From the NCBI GenBank assembly GCA_016709675.1, contig JADJMH010000016.1, forward strand, positions 94,822-158,821: 64,000 bases of DNA, given 5' to 3'. Both the position numbers and the translations under genes were made by a program. The notes below the pieces were generated by a model that was not told where the DNA came from, searched no databases, and saw only the letters and a program-made list of their open reading frames with translations. This stretch comes from Candidatus Accumulibacter proximus. GTDB lineage: Bacteria; Pseudomonadota; Gammaproteobacteria; Burkholderiales; Rhodocyclaceae. Positions 53,450-62,180 of this stretch are shown here, in pieces; the first letter of the stretch is position 1; every line of letters starts with the position of its first letter.

Positions 53450-56400
53450 TCGCGCCCCGCTTGATGCAGTAAATTGAGAAGGGCCAGTTCTAGCCTGTAA
53501 GTGAGATGATCAATTTCAGGCTCGCTGAGTTTGACCATTTTATCTGGTGCCGGAAAGTTGTATGAAATCCATTCACGGAAGGCAAGAGCCACTGCTTGAA
53601 TTGCTTTGTCTTTATCTGTGGTGATTAAATCCACGGGAGGCTTTTCCATTATTCTGGCTAGCCGGACAAAAATGTTATTGATCGCTTCTGCTCTATGTAA
53701 CTCGGCCGCCTTAAGTTTATTGATTTCTCCAGATTCTACTGTCTCGTGTGGTAATGATTTCAAGTCTTTACGCCTCTTGGCTTCGACGTCTGCAAGCTGT
53801 GAAGCGCCACTTATCGCAGCGGGACCGAGAGCCGGGGCCCTGCCCAGCGCGCGCTGATCGGTGAGAATCTGCTCGGGTGATTTACCTTTTAGCGATTTTA
53901 ATTTATCTCGTTCGGCCTTGGTTTTAGGCGTCATAGCGGAGTCGCCCGTGATTTCTTGATCGGTCGCGAGTCCTTTGGCTTTCATCCAGTCGGTTATGCG
54001 CTCTGTTGCTTCGGTACCCGGTATCCGGCCGGTTTCGATCACAGAACGTAGGCCCCGGACCGAGGGAATATTTGCGTCGTTTAGTGTCACTGGGTATGAT
54101 TTAGCACCAGGTACGTGAATAGGCCCGGCCCCGAATTTATTCTCTAGAACTTCGGCTCGTCGCATATTAGCTTGGAACTCCTCCTGCGATGGTTTCACCG
54201 TAACCTTACTTGTAGACTCTGGAACGATTATCCGTACGTCATTTTCCTCGACTCGCCGAATAATTTCTATTGATTCAGTTCTCGATGTACCGAGCGCTTC
54301 TTGGCTACCACCAACTACCGCTTTGGCAGATTCCTCTAGGCGTCTGATATCCTCTTTGGTCGGATGTTTTGCGTGCAGGCCAGACTTCTCTAACCGGGTT
54401 ATCTCAGATGGATCAACGTGACCAACGAAACGCGTTCTTCGATAAGTATCTTCAGCCTTACGAAAAATGTCGAGCAGTACACGTCCCAAATCTCTGGGGT
54501 CGACGTGTTCAAAATCTTTAAGTCGTTCTGTGGGATTAACGACCGCGTTGATCGACCGATCCTTGATTTCCAGCCGACTTAACCGATACTCTATACGCCA
54601 TTTGAGTAGGCTAAAGCCCAGGCGCAATCGGCTAATCCCTTTTTTTAAAAGCTTCTGAACTTTTGGACGCAACGCTTCAACGGCCTTTTTGAGCCGCTCC
54701 ATTTTTGCTTTTTCCTTATCCTGCTGCTTCTTTTGAGGATCTTCCTTCCCTTTCTCTTTCTTGGCATCCTTCTTTGCCTTGCTCTTCGCCCTCCAGTCCG
54801 TCAGTTTCTGCTTGGCATTCTTGGCCTTGCCCTTGACCCAACCCACCGCCTTCTTCGCCACGGCCTTGATCTTCGCCATGATCTTCTTGGCAATGGCCTT
54901 GATCCTGGCGCCGATCTTCGAGGCTGGGCCGCGCAGTTTTTTCAGCAGCCAGTGAGAGACAAAATCGATGACGACGATGGCAGCCGCGGCCAACATTTCG
55001 GCGAAGGACGGCCCGGCATCACCTTTCTTTACCGCCTTGAGGAAAGCGACGAACTTGCCAAGGGCGGCGATGATGCGCTGCACGGAACCCCAGGCGGCCT
55101 GTATCCCCTGGATGATGAGCATCACCGCGCCTGCCGCCGGCACGATCATCGCCACCAGTTTCTCGATCAGGATGGCGATCAGGGCGGACGGAATAGCGGC
55201 CTTGAGCCCTTCCCAGACCATCTTCCCGATTTCCTTCAGCGCGATGCCGCCCTTCTTGAGCACATTCCAGATCACGCTCCCGAGGCCAAGCATCTGTTCG
55301 AGCTTCTGGTTGAACCATTCCTTGACACCGCTCTTGAACGCTGTCCAAAGATGGTTCTTGATGCCGTCCTTGACGGCAGCCGCGAGGTTGCTGATCCACA
55401 GGCCCGGGTTTTTGGCGATGTCCTTGACCAACACCACGTAGGGGCCCAACGCGTCCGCCACCTTTTTGGCGAAATTGATGGCGCCCATGGCAACGGTTCT
55501 CGCGCCGTCCAGGGCCGCCATGATGGCCTTCTTGTGGAGGTCGAGCAGGAACCCGAAACCCTTCCCCAAGGCGCCCAAGAGCTTCTGCGCGTTTTTCTTG
55601 AGGGTGTCGGCGAGTTGGTTGCCCCTGTTTTCCGCTGCCCGGATCTTTTCTTCGATGAACCCTCGCCATTTCGCCCTTAAGACCGGGAATGCGGCCAGCA
55701 GCGTCTCGCCTATGGCGATGAGGGCATCACCCACGGCGCGGATAATAGACACCACCACCTGGCGGGCTTTTTCGATCACTGCAACGGCGAGTTTCTTCGC
55801 CTGTGCGATGGCGGCGCGCACCAGTCTTGTCGCCTCTTCGAAAATATCGGCAAGGCCTTTCTTGAGGGCATCGAAAAATGACGAGACCTTGGAAGCGACC
55901 CCTGCGAATACGCCTTGAGACTCGCCTTCCGCCTCATTTTTCTTCTTTTCGGCCTTGGTTTCGGCCTCCTGCTTATGATGTAAGGCTTCCCGTTCACCCT
56001 CGGCGATATGCCGGGAGGCTTGCTGGTTGGCCCGTGATTCTTCTTTGGCGATTTTTTCGTCGCCAGAAGACAGTTGGGCCCGGGTTTTCTCGTTCGCCCG
56101 GTCGATTTCCCGACGTTGTGCTTGGCTCCAGACCGCCTTCGCCTTGCTCACTTCATTCCTGGCCTGAAGCCGCACGGCGTCCTGCTGGTTGGCGTTTTCG
56201 ACTTGCAGTCCGGCAAGCTGTTGCTGGGTCTTGCTCTTCTCTTCGGCAACCCTGGTTTGATGCTCGGCCTTCTTCGCGGCGACTTCGCCTTGGGCTTGCG
56301 CGATAGCAGAGCGGACTTCGTCGCCTTTTTTCTCTTCGGCGATGATGCCCACTGCGTCGTCAGTGGGCTCCACGCTGCCCGTGCCGGCGTTTCCGGGAAC

Positions 56401-58542
56401 GGCGAGTTTCTGCGCCTTCCGCGATTCCCGGGGCCGACGCACCCGGATATTGTCATCGCCCGCTGGAGCCGCGATTTCTGCGGCGCCCTGGTTGCGCTGG
56501 GCGAGAATGATGGCGTCGATTTCTTGTTTCTGTTCGGCAATATGGGCGGGATTGGCATCGCCGGCGAGTCGCAGTGTCGGCGGCGTGCCGGCCGGCACTG
56601 CCAGCCCGGGATCGCTGGTGGGCATGGCAGCAATACTCGATTGCACCCGTGATGCGTCGTCGGCGGACACGGCGCCCGTGGCGCTGTCGTTGATTCGTGG
56701 CGAAGCCGTCTTCTTGATGGCGGAGGGAGATGCTTTGGGCAAAGGCTCAGGTGCGGGGGTTGGTTCCGCCTTGCCTGTCTCAATGCGCCGGGGCCTTTCG
56801 GCAGCGCCCGACCCCTCCAGGCGTTGCACGGCGGAGCCATCTCCTTGGCCGCCCACTTCCACCTCGGGAACTTGGGCCTGAAGCGACTGGCCCTCCTGTT
56901 GGATGCTGTTGTCGACCGAACCACCGACGCCAGCGAGCGCGATGGGCGCGGCTCCCGCCGGGAGCGCGGCGGCGGTGGCGAGTCCGGATTCGGAGTCCAT
57001 GGCGGAAGTATCCGGCGCCTTGGGTTCCTGTTGATCACCCAAATCGCCACTGGCAGCTCCACCACCAACCGTCGCCGCTGCGCCCTCCTGGCCACCGGCG
57101 TCTTCTGCGACTGCGGCAAGACCGGCTTCCTTTTCCATTGGAGTGAGTCCGGCATCGCTCATGCCTTGGACATTCCCGGACTGGGCTTTCTGTTCCTGCT
57201 GCTCTTCGGCGCGTTCCTGATCCTGTTCCTCGGCGTGCTGCTCCGCAACTCGGGCGTTATCAGCCTGTTCCATGCGGGCAAGTTGTGTAGCCTGTCGCCT
57301 TGCAGCCGCTTCCGGGGTGTTGTTTTCGCTACCGTTCGGTTTATCGGCTTCGCCTCCCTCGACGGAGGACGGTGACAAATCAGCGCCGACATCCGGGCGG
57401 GACGAAGGCTCGCCAACAGCCTCTGATGGCGATGTGGGAGCTTCTGCACCGGATTCAGGAAGGGCTTCCGGGGCCTGTTCGGATTCTTCAGCCGCTTCGG
57501 CGCTTTCGGGAGCAGCAGACTCCAGCTTCTCCTCGGTTTTCTCCTGGGCCGGGTCCGGGACCGTTTCCTTACCGCCGGCGAATAGCTCGGCTCCCGAGCT
57601 TGCCTCGGCCGCGGCTCCTTCTGCCGCCGGAGCGGCAGGTTCAGCAGCCACGCCGCCTTTGCCGCCACCGGCGGCAGGAGCCACAAGCTTCGGAGGCTTG
57701 GCCTCGGTGCGCCGCGCGGCAAGACCCGCGCCGGCGAGTTTGCCCGGGATGAACGCCGCTCTCTGAGCCGGCGCTGCTCCAGCCTTGGCACCAGAAATGG
57801 GAACACTGCCTGTCGAAGCCAGCGCAGGGGTCAGGGCCGAAGCCTTCAATGTTTGCGGCAAGCTTGTCTTGACAACAGGCGTTCTTGCCCACACCCCACC
57901 TTCTCCCAAGGGGAGAGTTAGAAGGCCGTTTCCCGCACCGAATGGTGTCCAGGCACCCTTTTCGATTGTCGAGCGCCCTTCAGGCGGCCCAAGCACCCTG
58001 AAGGGCGCCCTACCTGTAGGGTGTCCTGTTCCATCTGTATTGTCGAAGAACGACCTTCCAGTAGCGGCGGGAGTCTCGGGACTTCCAGGCTTCACGAGAA
58101 TGGAAGAGCCCTTGTGATCCCAGACCGAAGCAGGCTTCCCGTAGGCAGTTGCCCCTTCGGAAGGTCTACGATCTCGGGCCTGCTGTACGGGACCCACCAT
58201 GCCTCGACTGTGGGCCGGGGCCTGCCATCGGGATTGCCTGGCGATACTGCCGCGTGTGTCGTCTTCTCCCGGTGAAGGGCTGGACAAAGCTTCATCTTCC
58301 TGGCTCAGTGTATCGGGCAAGCCGAAAGCCTCCTGCGGCTGCCTTTGGCGGTCGAGGAAAGCAATGCCGTATTCGGGAGCGGTCAAGGAGGGAGAAGCCA
58401 AGGGGTCTGACCGCTCTTGCTGGCCATAAGCCGGCGGAAAAAACGCTGCGCCGTTCTTTCCACTGGCTGACTGTAGCGACGCTACGTCCCTGTTCTTGGC
58501 TGCTTTGCTGGCCGAGGCGTGGGCTTTCACGGAAGGGGTCAT
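53446..58542 (-). CDS. Large eCIS-associated effector / polymorphic toxin-like protein (~1698 aa)
   Basis: Likely start MTPSVK at 58542 (ATGA overlap with the ATPase stop). Disordered Ala/Glu/Pro N-terminus, coiled coil, amphipathic and hydrophobic helical region (LVAMIVPAAGAVMLII), Lys-rich linker, AT-rich C-terminal domain. Confidence 0.75.
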   Translation of the reverse strand: MTPSVKAHASASKAAKNRDVASLQSASGKNGAAFFPPAYGQQERSDPLASPSLTAPEYGIAFLDRQRQPQEAFGLPDTLSQEDEALSSPSPGEDDTRGSIARQSRWQAPAHSRGMVGPVQQARDRRPSEGATAYGKPASVWDHKGSSILVKPGSPETPAATGRSFFDNTDGTGHPTGRAPFRVLGPPEGRSTIEKGAWTPFGAGNGLLTLPLGEGGVWARTPVVKTSLPQTLKASALTPALASTGSVPISGAKAGAAPAQRAAFIPGKLAGAGLAARRTEAKPPKLVAPAAGGGKGGVAAEPAAPAAEGAAAEASSGAELFAGGKETVPDPAQEKTEEKLESAAPESAEAAEESEQAPEALPESGAEAPTSPSEAVGEPSSRPDVGADLSPSSVEGGEADKPNGSENNTPEAAARRQATQLARMEQADNARVAEQHAEEQDQERAEEQQEQKAQSGNVQGMSDAGLTPMEKEAGLAAVAEDAGGQEGAAATVGGGAASGDLGDQQEPKAPDTSAMDSESGLATAAALPAGAAPIALAGVGGSVDNSIQQEGQSLQAQVPEVEVGGQGDGSAVQRLEGSGAAERPRRIETGKAEPTPAPEPLPKASPSAIKKTASPRINDSATGAVSADDASRVQSSIAAMPTSDPGLAVPAGTPPTLRLAGDANPAHIAEQKQEIDAIILAQRNQGAAEIAAPAGDDNIRVRRPRESRKAQKLAVPGNAGTGSVEPTDDAVGIIAEEKKGDEVRSAIAQAQGEVAAKKAEHQTRVAEEKSKTQQQLAGLQVENANQQDAVRLQARNEVSKAKAVWSQAQRREIDRANEKTRAQLSSGDEKIAKEESRANQQASRHIAEGEREALHHKQEAETKAEKKKNEAEGESQGVFAGVASKVSSFFDALKKGLADIFEEATRLVRAAIAQAKKLAVAVIEKARQVVVSIIRAVGDALIAIGETLLAAFPVLRAKWRGFIEEKIRAAENRGNQLADTLKKNAQKLLGALGKGFGFLLDLHKKAIMAALDGARTVAMGAINFAKKVADALGPYVVLVKDIAKNPGLWISNLAAAVKDGIKNHLWTAFKSGVKEWFNQKLEQMLGLGSVIWNVLKKGGIALKEIGKMVWEGLKAAIPSALIAILIEKLVAMIVPAAGAVMLIIQGIQAAWGSVQRIIAALGKFVAFLKAVKKGDAGPSFAEMLAAAAIVVIDFVSHWLLKKLRGPASKIGARIKAIAKKIMAKIKAVAKKAVGWVKGKAKNAKQKLTDWRAKSKAKKDAKKEKGKEDPQKKQQDKEKAKMERLKKAVEALRPKVQKLLKKGISRLRLGFSLLKWRIEYRLSRLEIKDRSINAVVNPTERLKDFEHVDPRDLGRVLLDIFRKAEDTYRRTRFVGHVDPSEITRLEKSGLHAKHPTKEDIRRLEESAKAVVGGSQEALGTSRTESIEIIRRVEENDVRIIVPESTSKVTVKPSQEEFQANMRRAEVLENKFGAGPIHVPGAKSYPVTLNDANIPSVRGLRSVIETGRIPGTEATERITDWMKAKGLATDQEITGDSAMTPKTKAERDKLKSLKGKSPEQILTDQRALGRAPALGPAAISGASQLADVEAKRRKDLKSLPHETVESGEINKLKAAELHRAEAINNIFVRLARIMEKPPVDLITTDKDKAIQAVALAFREWISYNFPAPDKMVKLSEPEIDHLTYRLELALLNLLHQAGRE

Positions 58543-59921
58543 GTCCCTTTCCCCTCCTTGACCTGCTCGCGGCGAATGCCGCGCTGGAGTGTATCGAGCG
58601 TAACCACGCTGTCGCCGCTCTCCAAAGCCTGCAACGACGCGTAACGAACGACATTCATGATCGCCGCGCCGCACAGCTCGTACTGCGCCGCGATCTTGTC
58701 GAGGTCGACGGCTTCGTCGATCCGGGCTTTTGGCGAGAATCCCTGCCGCCACAGGCGCAGGCGCTCTTCCTGTCGCGGCATGGGGAAGTAGATGATCGAC
58801 TCGAAGCGGCGGGCGAAGGCCTGGTCGATGTTGTCTTTCTGATTGGAGGCGAGGATGGCGATGCCGTCGAAGGTCTCGATGCGTTGCAGCAGGAAGGAGA
58901 CCTCTTGGTTGGCGTAACGGTCGTGTGCGTCCCTGGTCTCGGTGCGCTTGCCGAAGAGCGCGTCGGCTTCGTCGAAAAAGAGAATCCAGCCCTTGTGCTG
59001 CGCCTGGTCGAAGACGCGGGCGAGGTTCTTTTCGGTTTCGCCGATGTACTTCGAGACGACCAGCGCAAGGTCCACCTTGTACACTTCGCGGCCGGTCGAT
59101 TTGCCGAGCAGGCAGGCAGTCATCGTCTTGCCGGTGCCGGGCGGCCCGTAGAACAGCGCGCGGTAACCGGGCCGCAGCTTCGGACCCATCCCCCAGTCGT
59201 CCATCAGCGTGTCGCCGTGCCGCAGCCAGATCTCGATTTCCTGAACCTGCGTGAGCGTGCCGGGGTGCAGCACGAGGTCGCTCCATTCGAGCCGGGTCTC
59301 GATGTGGCGGGCGGGGAAATCGGCGCTCAAGTCGGGGCGCCGGGCGTAGCCGGTGGTGACCAGGCCCAGGCACTCTGCCGATAGGCGCAGTGGCGCTTTC
59401 ATCAGAGGCTCGTCGCGGCTCTGCGGGACGGGCCGCAGGAGGTCGTGCCGGGCGAAGTAATGGTCGCGGTCGAAGATCGGCTGAAGCGCGAAGCGGGTTT
59501 CGAGATCGGTGCCGGCGAGGATGAAGGCGAGCGTTTCGCCGGTCGGTACGAAGTCGCCGTTTTCATCACGCACGCCGCCGAACTCGGTGAACCGGCGGTC
59601 AAACGTCTTGTTCTTCGTGTGGAAGATGTCGAGCAGTTGCGGCCGGAGGTGGGGCACGAGGCCGAGGACGAGCGCCACGCGCTCGGCGAAGGAGAACGCG
59701 TAATGGCGCAGGAAAGCCGCGTAGCCCGACTCGGGAGTGCCGAATTCGGGCGGCGCGACCTCGAAGACGCTGCTGTAACTCGTTTCCTGGCTGAAATAGA
59801 GCTTGAAGCGCGTATCGAGCAGACGTGCGAACCACGCGAGTTCCTGTTCGAGGTCGCGCGCGTTGAGCTCGATCAGCGAGGACGCAGCCGTTTCCAGAGG
59901 CAGATTGGCACCCATTGGCAT
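58539..59921 (-). CDS. eCIS AAA+ ATPase (Afp15/Pvc15-like)
   Basis: GYRALFYGPPGTGKT, VVSKYIGETEKNL, LFFDEADALFGKRT...DAHDRYANQE, DQAFARRF. Confidence 0.9.
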   Translation of the reverse strand: MPMGANLPLETAASSLIELNARDLEQELAWFARLLDTRFKLYFSQETSYSSVFEVAPPEFGTPESGYAAFLRHYAFSFAERVALVLGLVPHLRPQLLDIFHTKNKTFDRRFTEFGGVRDENGDFVPTGETLAFILAGTDLETRFALQPIFDRDHYFARHDLLRPVPQSRDEPLMKAPLRLSAECLGLVTTGYARRPDLSADFPARHIETRLEWSDLVLHPGTLTQVQEIEIWLRHGDTLMDDWGMGPKLRPGYRALFYGPPGTGKTMTACLLGKSTGREVYKVDLALVVSKYIGETEKNLARVFDQAQHKGWILFFDEADALFGKRTETRDAHDRYANQEVSFLLQRIETFDGIAILASNQKDNIDQAFARRFESIIYFPMPRQEERLRLWRQGFSPKARIDEAVDLDKIAAQYELCGAAIMNVVRYASLQALESGDSVVTLDTLQRGIRREQVKEGKGT

Positions 59922-62164
59922 CACCACTCGACCTGCATCAGCGCCGTCATCCACGGCAGCTTGACGATCTGGACGCTCCACGGGAAGCGGTCGAGAACGA
60001 TGTCGTGCGTTTCGCGCTGCACGCGCAGCAGCCAATTCCCGTCCCGCGCGCTGAGTTGCCCCTGGCGCAGCAGAAAAGTGCTGCGAAAGCCGGCGATCGA
60101 CATCTGGCGCAGAATCGGCGCCTGCGCGATCACCGCGGTGAGCAGGTCGGTGCATTCCTCGACTTCCTCCACGCCAATCGGCTCGCCGAAGTCGAACACT
60201 TCGTCGAGCGCAATCCCGCAGAGCACCTTGTTCAGGGGCAGCAGATACTCCGGCGGCGCCTCGTCGGCGGTGGCGACGTACTGCAGCAGACCAGCCGCCC
60301 GATGCGCCGCGGCCTCATCCCTGAACCGCTTTTCGTCCAGGAGCCCGAGGCGCCCGAAAAAACTCTGCAGGAAGGGCCAGAGGATGACCAGGCCGGCGTT
60401 GTCGAGGTAAATCGCGTCGCTGTCGCTGAAGGCTTGATCGACTCGCGCCTTCCTTTTCGGCGCGCTCGGCGCCGGCTTCCGCGCCGCGTCCAACACGTCC
60501 AGCAGCTTCGCGCCAAGTTCCGAGGAGACCGCGGCGGAGGGCATTCCCGGCGGGGCCGATTGAAGCAGCCTCGCCGCGCAACGTTCGACCACGCCGGGCG
60601 CAAGGAGCTGCTGCGCGAGCGCAGCGCGCACCAGCGCGCCAAGGGTGTCGATCATCACGCTGCTCAAGGACATGAGTTCGCCATCCTGCACGAGGGCAAA
60701 TGCTTCGATGGCTTGCGCTTGCAGGCGCGCGGGCAGGTGGTCGAAAACCGCGCTCAGCCGCGTCCATGGATCGGCCTCGGGCGCGGAGACCGGCGCGAGC
60801 CGGTCCAGCAACTGCAGCAAGTGCGCTCGCGCCGATTCGTCGGGCGGGGCTGCCGCCGCGTCGGCATTGCGGGCGGCCGAATCGACCTTCCTTTCTTCTG
60901 TCGACGCGCCGGAAGCCGGCACCCCAATGGCGTCGAGCAGCTTGGCGCCGAGTTCAGAGGCGATCGCGGGGGACATTCCCTGCGGTGCCGATTGAAGCAG
61001 CCTCGCCGCGTAGCGTTCGACCACATCGGAGGTCAGAAGCTGCTGTGCGAACGCCGCGCGCACCAGCGCGGCAAGAAGGTCGATCATCGTGCTGCTCAAG
61101 GTCGCGACTCCACCATCCTGCATCGTGGCAAACACTTCGATCGCTTGCCCTTGCAGCACCGCGGGAAGGCGATCGAAGACGGTGCCCAGCCGCTGCCACA
61201 AACCGCCGTCGGGCGTGAGCGCGGTGGGCAAGTCGAACCGTTCGAGCAGCCGCAGAAAGTTCGCCCGCGCCGACTCACTGGCTGGAGTGACCTCGCGGGT
61301 TTCCAGCAAGTTGCCGCCGCTCTCGCGCCACAGAGCTTCCAGGGCTGCGTGCATCCAGGGCGGCACCGACACACTGTCATCGGCGGGCAGGCGATGGAGA
61401 TCGGCTACCAGCGAGCGGTAGTCGAGTTGCCTGCGGCGGGCGACGCGCCGCAGTACCGCACCGAAAACACGCGGCGCCTCGGCTGCCGAAACGTCCTCGG
61501 CGATGGCGGCGCGCAGGATCTCCTCCCAGAGGAGATGCCGCTCTGCACGTGCCGACTCAACCTGCCCTTCGTGCCGCGAACCAAGAATGGCGATCAAGGC
61601 GCTGCCCAGACCTGGACAGGCGGCAGTCCAGCGCGGCGCGAGAACGGCGGCCAACTGATCGAGCGAACGATCGGAGCAGGCTCGAACGATCCGGCGCAGC
61701 GTTCGCTCTCGGTCGGCTGCGGCGAGGATCGTCTGTCGAAGTGTTTGCGGGGCACGCCCGAGCAAACGCGCCACAGCCGCTGGCAGCAGATTTCGATCGG
61801 AAGCGTCTGCCCACCAAGGAATGGTTCCGCTCCGGATGAAGAAGTCGACCAACTCCAGATCGGCATCGCTCTCCGGCGCGTCGTCGATGGCGTCGGCCAA
61901 GCGGCTGCGGAACGTCGGCGCGAAGCTGTCAGCAAGCGCGGTTTCGAAGGTTTCGAGCGGCAGCTCGCCGAGGTCGATCTCCAGCCTGTCGACGCGATCG
62001 ATGCAACCCGGCGCGCTCAGCTCCGAACAGATCGCTTCGATCAGCGGCAGCAGGCGCTCGCGGTACGCGTCGCGCAGCTCCGCCTGGAGATGTTGCGCCG
62101 CGTCGCGCGAGCAACCGCGGACTTCCAGCACCTGGCGCATGATCTTGTGCTGTTGGCCGATCAT
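59921..62164 (-). CDS. Contractile injection system tape-measure protein (Afp14/CIS_TMP-like) with internal duplication
   Basis: N-terminal H.I..Q...IDRVDRLEIDLG and F..SG.IPWW; C-terminal NAGLVILWPFL, EYLLPLNKVLCG, FLLRQG.L, DIVLD.FPWS...VKLPWM. Confidence 0.85.
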   Translation of the reverse strand: MIGQQHKIMRQVLEVRGCSRDAAQHLQAELRDAYRERLLPLIEAICSELSAPGCIDRVDRLEIDLGELPLETFETALADSFAPTFRSRLADAIDDAPESDADLELVDFFIRSGTIPWWADASDRNLLPAAVARLLGRAPQTLRQTILAAADRERTLRRIVRACSDRSLDQLAAVLAPRWTAACPGLGSALIAILGSRHEGQVESARAERHLLWEEILRAAIAEDVSAAEAPRVFGAVLRRVARRRQLDYRSLVADLHRLPADDSVSVPPWMHAALEALWRESGGNLLETREVTPASESARANFLRLLERFDLPTALTPDGGLWQRLGTVFDRLPAVLQGQAIEVFATMQDGGVATLSSTMIDLLAALVRAAFAQQLLTSDVVERYAARLLQSAPQGMSPAIASELGAKLLDAIGVPASGASTEERKVDSAARNADAAAAPPDESARAHLLQLLDRLAPVSAPEADPWTRLSAVFDHLPARLQAQAIEAFALVQDGELMSLSSVMIDTLGALVRAALAQQLLAPGVVERCAARLLQSAPPGMPSAAVSSELGAKLLDVLDAARKPAPSAPKRKARVDQAFSDSDAIYLDNAGLVILWPFLQSFFGRLGLLDEKRFRDEAAAHRAAGLLQYVATADEAPPEYLLPLNKVLCGIALDEVFDFGEPIGVEEVEECTDLLTAVIAQAPILRQMSIAGFRSTFLLRQGQLSARDGNWLLRVQRETHDIVLDRFPWSVQIVKLPWMTALMQVEW

Positions 62165-62180
62165 CGTTCGGCGGGCGCGC

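Noticed and set aside
58543-59373. N-terminal 277-aa extension of the 1975-aa ORF
   Set aside because: It overlaps the AAA ATPase in another frame and is Arg/Pro-rich shadow sequence; the ATG at 58542 coupled to the ATPase stop is the likelier start.
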